A stretch of 62,165 bases of DNA, filler included, from Vannella sp. (taxonomy: Eukaryota): NCBI GenBank assembly GCA_023345925.1. It is 6 parts of 6 records of this genome, joined end to end, with 100 filler letters (N's around TTAATTAATTAA, not from the genome) between each part and the next. Parts side by side here need not be neighbours in the genome. Positions count along the whole stretch, not along the records: positions 34,163 to 41,519 come from JAJQQN010000428.1; positions 41,620 to 62,165 come from JAJQQN010000559.1; 4 more parts are not named here. One strand, given 5' to 3'. Positions 34,721 to 45,010 of the stretch are shown here, piece by piece (within the stretch, counting starts at the first letter, position 1; each line of letters opens with the position of its first letter). The notes beneath the pieces are model-generated. The model was not told the DNA's origin and did no database searches. It was given only the letters and a program-made list of their open reading frames with translations. The translations under genes and the position numbers were made by a program.

Positions 34721-37299
34721 CTCGGACTGAAAGTTTCTGAACTTGAGGAAGTTTCGCTCAGAGCTGCAGTCCTAATATAAATCAAAGAAGCGCTTTCCGT
34801 CCCACTGGAGGTTTCGCTGGCAGTGTAAGAAGGGCTTAATGTCTGGCTCATGCTACAAGAAGGACTCTGGGTTCCAGAGAGACTGGGAGTAGAAGTCTGA
34901 CTGGGACTTTGGCTGGAAGCGTTGGAAACGCTCTGCGATTCAGAAGCACTGCTCGAATCGCTTGAACTTTCAGTGACGCTTGAAGAAGCAGTAGCACTCT
35001 TTGTACCACTAAGACTTGGTGATGCCGAAGGTTCTCTTGATGGACTGAAGCTCTGGGAGGGACTTAGAGTTCTGGAAGGGCTCGTTGAAAGGGTGGAACT
35101 TGACGATTTCGTAGCAGTTACAGACAAAGAGGGACTCACAGTTTGTGAGGAACTTCTACTTCCAGTGGCCGATTTTGAACAGGCTCCAGAAGGCTTACAA
35201 CTTCCTCCGCTATACCGTGGGGGTATAGAACCACACACGAAGGTTTGGGGTGCAATATAAACAGTTGCTATGGGAGGTGCAGTTGGTAAACCGCCACAAA
35301 GATTGTTAGACTCGAGATTTGTTGTCCCAAGAAGAGTCATGTGAACCCAGGAAGGCAATGTTCCTTCAATCTGATTGTGATCCAAGAAACTAATCAAATT
35401 AGATAAGATCAAAAGGATTCATCTTATCAGTCATATCTTACATTGTCGATAAATGGGTGAGATTGGCCCATCCTGGTAGAGTTCCGGTGATTTGGTTGTA
35501 GCTGGTGGATCTTCTTGCTGTCAGTTCTTTACCCCAGATAAAAGTCAGCCAACTCACATTAAAGAAAGCAATGGCTGATTCCAAGAAGGTAATGTTCCGC
35601 CAATCTGATTGTGATCCACGTAACTAATCAAATTAGATGAGAAGGATTCTCTGAATTTGCCATATTCTTCTTATCAGTCATATCTTACATTGATAATAAT
35701 TGGTTGAGATTGGCCCATCCTGGTAGAGTTCCGGTGATTTGGTTGTAACTTGTGGATCTTCTTGGCGTCAGTTCTTGACCCCAATCAGAGTCAGCCAACT
35801 CACATTACAGAGAGCAATGGCTGATTCCAAGAAGGCAGAGCACCAGAGATTTGATTTTGGTGAATAAATCTGTTTTCCTCAAACTATTAGACGAGCTACC
35901 AAAGGAACATGGACGAACATTTGCGTCACGTTCACTTGAGATTGCCAATCAGGAATAGTCCCAGAAATCTGATTGTTTTGGAGATACCTGCTCGATTCCG
36001 TGAGCTTTCATTCCTCAGTCAAGTGATAACTAACATCAAGGAGAGTTTTGGCATGATCCATTGAGGAAGAGTACCAGAGATCTGATTGTTGTACAAGTAC
36101 CTAGCATATGTCAGATTATCCTATCCGTCTCCAAGAAGAAGTAACAAACATGAATGCAAGCGAAGGCATGTGAGGCCAAAGAGGGAGAGTCCCGTTGACC
36201 TGGTTATCGTTTAAATACCTGCGATTACTCCGGGTAAGCGATGCGCTAGCAAAACAACAATAAACTCATACAATCCAGTAAGTTTCCCTTGACTAAGCCA
36301 ATTGGGTAAGCTGCCAGTGATCGAGTTGTTGAACGCAGATCTAAAATAATGATTCCCGCAATCAGTTTCCTTCCTCTTCTCACACTTGAAGATGTACCAA
36401 CATTATTGTAAGCTCTGAAAGTGCATTCCACTGTGGAAGAGTTCCAGAGATTCTGTTGGAGAACAAGTAGCTTTCCGAAATCACTTTGAGCACCATTCCT
36501 AACCAAAAAGGATGACATTCTCCACTCACATTGATGATAGTTGACTCATATTCGGCCATTGTGGAAGAGTCCCGGTAATCAGATTCGACAAAGCTGATCT
36601 GTTCCCACACATCAGGTGAAAACGGAAGAAGAAATGATGGTTCGTACAAGAACGACAGTTTTGTCAGAGATGTCCAAGAAGGAAGACTCCCAGATATCAT
36701 ATTGAAGCCCACAGAGCTGTGTAAACCCCATCAATCATCCTCCATGTCCGGTTCTGAGAAGCCAACGTACATTGTGGATAGCTCCATCTTGTTGATCCAT
36801 TGAGGGAGAGTACCAGAGATGCTGTTGTTGAACAGAACCCTTCTCATGCGTTAGATGTTGCATAGGGAGCCGGTCAATCCCCGTTGGAGAACGTACAAGG
36901 AGGTGAGCTTTTGGAGAACAGGCCATTCAGGGATACTTCCGCTGATGAAGTTCGAGCGCAAGTCCCTTTCGTGGTGTGAGTATAACGGGCCACCTCACTG
37001 TGTAAACAGTTGTAACGACAAAGAGTTGCTCACATGTTGAGAAGCTCTGGCAGTTGCAAGTCGGGCAAGGTTCCTACCAAGTTGTTGCTGGGAAGGGTGA
37101 GCTCAACTACACTCTCTTGAGTGGGATCACAGGTCACTCCAAACCAAGTGCAAGGAGACGGAGAAGTCAAATTCCACGGAACAAACCAGGATGGTCCTCC
37201 GCATGCTCCATGGAAAGCCAGAAGGGCAACCCTCTCAGACGCGATCAATCCCAACGTTCCAACTGCAAAGGCAAGAAGAAGTAACAACAGCCCCTTCAT
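34163..37299 (-). CDS. Secreted/surface LRR protein (plant-type LRRNT, one LRR per exon, Ser/Thr stalk); in-frame TAA at 34609-34611; 3' end cut by contig end
   Basis: MKGLLLLLLAF signal; SERVALLAF...W...PCTWFGVTC; repeated N.I.GTLP.W exons of about 66-72 nt separated by short introns. Confidence 0.85.
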
Positions 37300-37773
37300 A
37301 GACGGAGACAGAACGAAGTGAAGCAAATGGTAGCGAAAGTCCTTGTTAAGAAAGAAAACCAAAGGGCCGAAAGAGGCAACAGGTCATTGGTCAGCAACAT
37401 AGCTTCAAGGAACTACTTTTCATTTTCTTGGACGGAACACTGAATATACACGGGCCTGTCCGACGGTTCATTCTGCTTTTGTCTCAAAAGGCCCTCTGGT
37501 CCTTCATAGCAAGTTTGCCTTCTTTGCTCAACATTTGAGCCCTGGATCACACAATGTGGGTAACAGAGAGCCCCCGTGATGACAGATGAGCTTGATGGCA
37601 TGAACTGTATGTACAAAGCAATGAGTCACTGCCCTTGAACAAGGAAAGGAGCTCCTTCCACGCCCCCTAAGGATGCAGAAGCTGACAACTCCCTCAACTT
37701 ATCAAAATGGGAGGTATTCTGAGGTGCAGAAATCAGGGCAGGTAGGTCCCTTCCTCCTTCACACTTGCCAAAG

Positions 37774-39022
37774 TCAGTTCCAATGAAAGTCTCGATGGGC
37801 AAGTGAATAGAGCCGCTGGTTGTAGGGCTCAAAGAAATTCTGAAGCCTTTGGCGGGTGGCAGCTAGCAAAGGTTCGTAGCTGTGGGGTTCCTTAAATGAG
37901 TTGGAAGCACCTCCTCCCCAGGATTCCTGCAAAGTCTGGCTTTGACTGAAATTGAAAGGAGGGAGGCCAAGAAACTTAACCACTTGCTTCATCACGCCAA
38001 TGCTATCCTGAAAGAGCTCCTCTGATGACAATATCAAAACTAAATGGTCGACATGAGTACACAGGTGGTTAAGAGAGGTTTCTCACTTTGATTGCGAGGA
38101 AATAGACTCAGCCAACGCTCCAAAGAGTCATCGTAGATACTTCGGAACAGGTAGGAAGTGAAATAGTAGTTTTTGAGCTCCTCCGAGCTCTCTATCGAGA
38201 ATAGACTCTGATTCGCATCATGTCTGTGAACAAGTTGGGAGGGGAAGCAGAGAGAAACATCACAATGCCTTTCATCAAAGCATCTTCGAGCCTGTTCGCG
38301 AAGTGAATGCACCTCCTGGATCTCCTTTTCAATGATTTCTTCAAACGTCAGAGTCTCTCTGGTTCAACAGGTCAGGAGCTAACATTAAGTGGGGAAGTTT
38401 CGCACAATTTGGCTCTCCGAGACATCACATAATGGGAGTAGGCTCTATCAATGGGATTTCGCAGAAGGACCATCAATTTCACATCTGGAATGGCTAATTT
38501 GAGCCTTCTAGGCACCAGAGGATGAAGGAGGTAGGAGGTAGAGAACTCTCCTGAAAGCTTCGAGCTGGATCCCGGCTCTATTGGGAGAGTGGCTGGCCAG
38601 ATGGTTAGATACTCACGTAAAACTAGTACAAATACATCCTACGAGTCTCATTATTGATGAATAGGGCTTGGTAGTTGGCCCGCGAGTGATATCTCCAACT
38701 GAAGAAGTTCGGTTCCTTCACCTTGGCGGGTTGAACGTTTGGATGAGCGGCTGATGACTTGGTAAGCAGACCAATGACGATCATAGACTAGCTTACGAAG
38801 ATAATTGGAGAACGACGTCGTCCCACCCTTTGCCGCGCCAATCAAGATGAAGTCTGGACGGGGCTCTTCGTCATTCAGAACGTATCGGTCCCCGCCTTTC
38901 GTTCCTTTCTGACACGCAAAGCTCTCTACTCTTCCCAATCCATTCCTATTCCACCCCGAAATGACCACCCAGAACACCCAAACAGCCGACAACAACAACA
39001 AGACCCGCCCCCATCTCCACAT
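37774..39022 (-). CDS. Membrane-anchored sulfotransferase (heparan sulfate 3-O-sulfotransferase-like fold), multi-exon
   Basis: N-terminal TM; PDFILIGAAKGGTTS (PAPS loop); KEPNFF; LLRNPIDRAYSHY; LQNFFEPYNQRL. Confidence 0.88.
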
Positions 39023-39649
39023 TCCCTCCAAATAAAAAGTAAATTAATAATAGGCTTCAAAGAGTGATAGAATCGCTTCGCAAAAAGTTTTTCTTGGACC
39101 CGCCAAAAAACAAGTCCCGTGTCCTTCCGATTTCTCAGCGTAGGGTACCAGTAGGAAACCGCACACAACCCAAAAGAATAAATAATGAAGGCGGGAATGC
39201 TACCCGCTTCGATTGGGCTCACCTCTCTCACGCGTTTTTGACTCTAACAGAAACAAGCCAGAGGACTATTCGTGCTCTGCAACAGAATTGCCAGTGTTCT
39301 TGGTACTTCTTTAAGCTTGCATTACTGGAAGGAGAAGAAGGCCCCTTTTGAGGCTAAAGATTGACCGCTCCAAGGAAGGCTTTGGTAGAAGGCTGCTTGA
39401 TTCATGTCAATTAAAGCGTGTTTGTTTGAATGAGAAGAAGGAGGAGCTAAGAAGCATTTCAGTTTGATTGTGAGGAAATAGACTCAGCCAAAGCTCCAAA
39501 GAGTCTTCGAAATGTTCTGATTTCATTGGAACTGAAGACGCGCTCACCTTCCCATTCCTTCCAATAATGGACTTTCAAATCATTATGATAAGATGCAACT
39601 GAAAGGAACTAGTTTAAGCTAAAATGAACGAATTGAGTAAGACACTTCG

Positions 39650-40984
39650 TTAACTGACAATGGGAGTGGCCAAGTTGTAAGTTTTGGCTCCTTCAGAATA
39701 GTCCTGGCCGGGAATACGGTCTACTTCTTGAGGGAAATGCTCTTTTTTGGCGACATAGTACTTCTCGCGAAAGTCTCCGTCTCGTTTACCGTTGTAAGTG
39801 ACATAAAGTGCTCGGCGAGAAGAGTTGCTGAGATTCTTCTGGCTCCGATGAGGAAGCCAGGAACTGAAGATCAGAACATCTCCCGGTTCCATCAAAACAT
39901 CCATCCAGTTTCCTATCTTCTGCTCTTCTTCCTTGCTGAGTCCACCATGAGAAGGGTCTTGTGGGATGAGTCCTTGAGAATGGAACCCTGGTGCCACTTC
40001 AAGGCATCCGTTGAGCTTCGTGCTTTGGTCGATAGCAATGGCAACAGAAAGGTGGGACTGTTGGCCAAAGGTCTTGAAGGCAGGAGCATCTTGATGTGCA
40101 GGAAAAGCCCCTCCACCTGCTAACTTGTAATTGATCTTCTCTTTGAACAGAACAGGATCGTCTTGAAGTAAGGATCTCAACACTGATCGCAAAGGATCTC
40201 CCAGGAGAATGTCTTTGAGCCCCTCATGATAGGGAAGGAAATTTTCTGTGCGGCACAGCATTTTTGTCTTCCCATCGGGTGCCAGTTCGTAGTACACCAT
40301 CCACTGATTGGGGCATGGCTTCCATGATTCAACTTCATTACACCACTTGACAATCCTCTCTTTGACAGCGGGCTCAAACAAATCCCTCAAAAGAAGAAAC
40401 CCGTTTCGTTCCCAATCCAATCTCAGCTTGGTTTGCAGAAGGTTGCGCTTCATCATCTCGGTGTATCCTTCTACAGGAATTAGTTCATACGATGGGTTCA
40501 CATCCTTGGCCTTCTCGTCCCATTCTCTCATCAAGATGATGTTGGAGAAGAGTGGTGTCGCTTGGAATGCTTCTGCTTCCTCCGTAGTCATGACTCCACC
40601 CTGTTGTAACAAAGTGCCTTGAGAGGCTGTCGATAAGCAGGCATGGTAGCCTGGATTAGCCCAACACAGGTAACGCTTCGCGTGAACGTGACTGGCAACC
40701 AACGCGGCTGTCTTTTCAGAGAAGCCCAAGCTCAGGAGGTACTCGGCTCCTAGCTGCTCATGGTTCTTGACTCCCAAGTCACCAGCCATCTGTTCTTGTC
40801 CAGGTAAGAGGTGCCCAACATCGTGCAAAAGAGCTGCCAACACAACATCCTCCTCCGCTCCACTCAGGGTGGCAAACCGAGCACTTTGAGCGGCATGGTC
40901 CTTCTGAGAGAGCTCCTCTCCAATGTAGTTGCCCGTCCCTCTGCTCAAATACAACCCCACCAACTGTTCCACCGGATCGCCCAT
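39650..40984 (-). CDS. PhnZ-like HD-domain diiron oxygenase fused to a PhnY-like Fe(II)/2-oxoglutarate dioxygenase (PhyH family); putative phosphonate catabolism enzyme
   Basis: N-half: YIGEELSQKDHAAQSA, AALLHDVGH, HEQLGA, HVHAKRYL, LS.AS..TL..QGG, WDEKAK. C-half: LFKEKINYKLAGG, HQD, GDVLIF..LPHRS..N, RRALYVTYN. 444 aa, intronless. Confidence 0.88.
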   Translation of the reverse strand: MGDPVEQLVGLYLSRGTGNYIGEELSQKDHAAQSARFATLSGAEEDVVLAALLHDVGHLLPGQEQMAGDLGVKNHEQLGAEYLLSLGFSEKTAALVASHVHAKRYLCWANPGYHACLSTASQGTLLQQGGVMTTEEAEAFQATPLFSNIILMREWDEKAKDVNPSYELIPVEGYTEMMKRNLLQTKLRLDWERNGFLLLRDLFEPAVKERIVKWCNEVESWKPCPNQWMVYYELAPDGKTKMLCRTENFLPYHEGLKDILLGDPLRSVLRSLLQDDPVLFKEKINYKLAGGGAFPAHQDAPAFKTFGQQSHLSVAIAIDQSTKLNGCLEVAPGFHSQGLIPQDPSHGGLSKEEEQKIGNWMDVLMEPGDVLIFSSWLPHRSQKNLSNSSRRALYVTYNGKRDGDFREKYYVAKKEHFPQEVDRIPGQDYSEGAKTYNLATPIVS

Positions 40985-41519
40985 TGGGCAACGGCGCAGA
41001 ACGAAATGAAATAAGCTTTGAAAGACTAGTCGAGTGGTTTCACGGAACTGGAACATTGCAAAGAGCCCGCATTCATTCTCACCTTTTCAGGCCAGTTGGT
41101 TTGAGCCCTTCTGCTTGTCCAGTGGCTGGCCCGCGCAAGCAGCACTTCTGCTTCTTCACAATCCTCTTCCTTTGCTCCCAGTGCATTAAATTTTTGAGTT
41201 CCCTCATTGGAATGAAATCTCTCCATTGCCTCTGAGGAGCAAGAAACCAGAACAAAAATCAGGTTTGAACTGGCTATCGGGTTTTCAAGTAACATTGAGA
41301 TTTTCTCAACCCTGTTCCGAAAGGAGGGGTACAAAACATTGGCGCAAAGATTGTTTCGTTTGGCAGGCAAAAATCTTATTTAGGAAGGTTTCATTTTCCT
41401 ATTTTGGAGGAGGCGAAGGGAAAAGGATTCCCATTCGTCCATCCGCCTACCATTCGCCTCCTCTGTCCTTCCATTCGCCCCAAAACATTTCATTCGCGGA
41501 ACAACTTCGGGTGCTATAC

Positions 41520-41619
41520 NNNNNNNNNNNNNNNNNNNNNNNNNNNNNNNNNNNNNNNNNNNNTTAATTAATTAANNNNNNNNNNNNNNNNNNNNNNNNN
41601 NNNNNNNNNNNNNNNNNNN
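41520..41619. other. Artificial contig linker
   Basis: N44-TTAATTAATTAA-N44. Confidence 0.99.
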
Positions 41620-42765
41620 GGTGCGATGTGTCGCTCCTGATTGTGGTGGACAGCCGTTTGTATGAGTACTCTACTCAGACCTTTGAACAACTCATTCAAG
41701 AGCATCCTACTTACGAGAAGGCTCACACCCCGTATACTAACGATGATGTAAGTGTCAACGCTCCCTTTCTCCTCTTGCGCCAGGGGATGACCGTGGCGGT
41801 AGTATGAAGGCTTGTTTGGAGAGAAAGATAGCAAGAAGAAGCCCCTTTCGAAGGACAAGAGCGAAGGGGAAGTCCTCTCTCAACCTTCTCCAAACGAGCC
41901 GCGCCTTTCTGCGGCTCCAGCCCACTCACAGTACGCTGGGGGTATACCGACGGTCCAAATCCATCCTCCATCAACGTCTGGCTCCTACGTTGGCACCCAC
42001 ATGGCCAAGCACCAATACTTGTTGGAGCAACCTCACGGGGGCGATGCGCAGCGCGCCTTCTCGCATCAAGCAGAGTATTACCGTTCTCAACAAGCTAACT
42101 CAATACTCCCCCAGCCTCCACGGCTCCACATAGAGAATGACCTTCCCATATCGCCCAACTCAGCTCAACTCCTCCGCCAGAAGAACCAGCAGTTCCGCTC
42201 TTATATGGAGATGCAAACAGATCGGCCGCACCCTTCAGGACCACCTCCCTCAGCCCCAGATCACCACCTTCATCCCAACCACCATCCGGGCCACTCTTCC
42301 CATCCTTCCTACTCTCAGCACGTTGCTCCAGACCTTCATCTGAGTCACATCAATGGCGAAAACAAGTTCATGATGGGCCAGAATCAGCAATTCTTGCCCA
42401 CAGCCTCCCGGAAACGAGGAAGGGTCGACTTGAAGTCACTCACAATCAAAGTTCCTGAGCATAAGAACAAGGAAGCCCGCGCTGCTGTTCCAATGAGAGA
42501 TGGGGAGCCTATGATGAACTCCACTGTTGCTGTCCCCTTCAATGCGCCAAGCTTCCCGTCCCTCACTCCCACATTGGACATTCTCGCCTCCAACAGCCAG
42601 GGCATCTCCCCGCTCCCCCTCACTCCTACCTCTTCCCACCTCCCCTTTTGGCCTTGGACACCCACTCCCAAGGATGCTCCAGACCATCCAGCATTCAACT
42701 TCGAGGTTGAGAGACCGTCAAAGCGTCGGCGGTTCGATGAAACGCCTCCACCGGGGATCATGTGA
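41620..42765 (+). CDS. MADS-box (MEF2/SRF-type) transcription factor, 5'-truncated
   Basis: CDVSLLIVVDSRLYEYSTQ...HTPYTNDD resembles the end of the MADS/MEF2 domain. Intron 41748-41802. Low-complexity tail with LKSLTIKVP. Confidence 0.7.
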
Positions 42766-42853
42766 TCCAGATGCGTTGGTGCCTTCAACCAACTCTTTTC
42801 AGGTTCTTGTATTTCTATTTCCATTTGTTATGAATACATTGCCCAGCTGGCGC

Positions 42854-44910
42854 TCAAGCAAAGATGGACAAATCTCCAAAGAGAGAAATGTAGTTTTGAC
42901 TAAGAGCCTTGCTGCTGTCTGTTGGGAGAGTGAGTTGGGATGGATATGAAGAAAGATGGAGATACGCACCTTTCTTAGAGAGCTGGCGGAAGGCCATCAC
43001 GAGGTCTTCCATCAAATCGTACTTCTCAGCGACGTGATTTGTGCACAAAAGGATGTTTCGGGACAGCGTTACTATCAGCAGGCAGCTTCGGAGAAGCCTT
43101 TGAAGAGGGTCAGATTGGGCCCCGTTGAGGGAAGGAAAAGGAACAACAGTTTGAGGCTGGTCATGGACAGAGACAAGTTGAGACAATTCCACTGTGAACA
43201 GAACCGAGCCACAGCCTAATTCATTTCCTTTCTCTTCGCGGTCACGGACCAGAACAAGAGAGTCAGAGAAAACAAAGAACTTGGCTCTTTCAAAGCACTT
43301 AAACAGGCTAATACTGTCATTCACAACCGGATGCTCCTCCGGACGATAAAGGAGAACGTCCGATTGCCGTAATAAACGGCGATTGGGTTCGTATAAAAGG
43401 CCCTCCTCGTGTTTAAAGATGTTCAAATACGAGCGAGGTGAAGTGGGAACCACTTGCCGGCTCCCAATGCCATCGCAACTTTGCCTTTCCAATTGATATG
43501 CGCGCTCTTGGAGTTGCAAGTAATAGGCAAACCCTTCTGAATTGGCTTCTGTCAGCTCAATGACATGGTCAAAGAACTTGCGGTAGTTGGAAGGGTGCCG
43601 GAATGGCAACAAGAGACTCTCACTGAAAAGGAGTCCGCCGGAAGAGGCTTCGCATCTTTGGAAGAACTCAACGGAGCGTATGTCATCTAAAAACCAGGCT
43701 TCTAAGGTTGCCAGGAGGCCGGGCATGAGAGCACTGTAAGACTCAATAGCTTCCATTGACTCTTTCAGTGCTTCTAAGAGTCGTTGAAAGGGAGTGGTTG
43801 GCGCCAATTCCTTCATCGGTTGAATAGACATTTCGTTAATCTGTTGGAGAGTCGAAGCAACCTCGTGCTGCTTCTCTAACAGAGGAGGAATGCACGAAAA
43901 CAATGAGTTCTCGAGCTGAGTGTTCTCTGTGATACCCTGCTTCTTCCTTTCCTCTCGATAAGGTAGTAAACACTCTTTGTGCAGCCAATGTAAGCGCATG
44001 AGAAGGTCCTGCTCCACTTGCTGCAAAGCAAGACAAAGGGAGAAGCCGTTGATCCGCGTGTTCGTCTGTCCATCGTCCTGGAGCTTCTCAAAGTGGCTAT
44101 CAATGAAGCCACGGGTGATGAGCGTATGGCGGGAGAGGTTTTTGGTCAATCCCCCGGGTCGGGAAGGAGGCGCCATCTGCAAGGCAACGTTGCCCTTCAG
44201 CCTTCCCGTCAAGGACATGGGCCTTTGTGGTGGTATCTTGCGAAGGCGCATGATGAGCTCTGATTGCTTGCTCAAGGGGTCTTCTAGCGCGTTGTCTGGG
44301 ACCTTTGGTGGAGCTTTGAGGAGCGAATCGATGGTTCTGCCGACTTGGGCGAGTTGGGTGTGTAAGAAGAAGCTGTGGTGACCACCACGGACTATGATCG
44401 ATGGCCCTGCCCTTTTGAGCTCTTCCTGTAAGGCTGCAGCGTCAGAAACCACTCGAACAGGCGAGGAGAGCTTACCAACTGAACTCGCGCAACATCCAGC
44501 TCCTTCTGGAGGGCAGCAACCTGCTCTTCTAGATCCGAAGTAGATGGAGGAGCTACCACGGACTGCACAGCAGGTACTTGAGGATCAGGCAGGCCACTGT
44601 GGTCCGGAATAGCGCGAGTAGCCGCCCCCTCTTCCTGCAGCTCTGTGTCGACAGGCAGACTAGTAGAAGGCTCACCCACAAGTGGTAGAGGGACTATTTC
44701 CACAGTCTCTGCTACCCTAACTGCAGGAGGGCGCGCACCAGGGAACAACAAGATGGGGAACGGGCGGGCGGAGGAGCCAGTGGGCAAGCGATGCTCTTCC
44801 GGGGCGTGGTTGCATCGCAAGCATCGCTCTGGCACCACAGACTCGCCGTAGCCATCACAAAAGAGTAACAGCTGCCTACACTTGGCGCACTCCGTCCCCG
44901 CTGGCTCCAT
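42854..44910 (-). CDS. Divergent DH-PH (RhoGEF-like) protein with an N-terminal Cys/His cluster
   Basis: LFSCIPPLL, LLLPFRHPSNY, RRLLRQS, FFVFSDSLVLV; N-terminal CAKC...CLRCNH..EEH. Intron near 44450-44476. Confidence 0.7.
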
Positions 44911-45010
44911 CAGGCCACCCAAGAATGACGTTTCCGCCTTCCCTTTCACAAGGAGAGGAGAGGAGAGAGAGAGCCTTTATCAAAGGGAGAGGGAGAAGAA
45001 AGAGGCTCAC

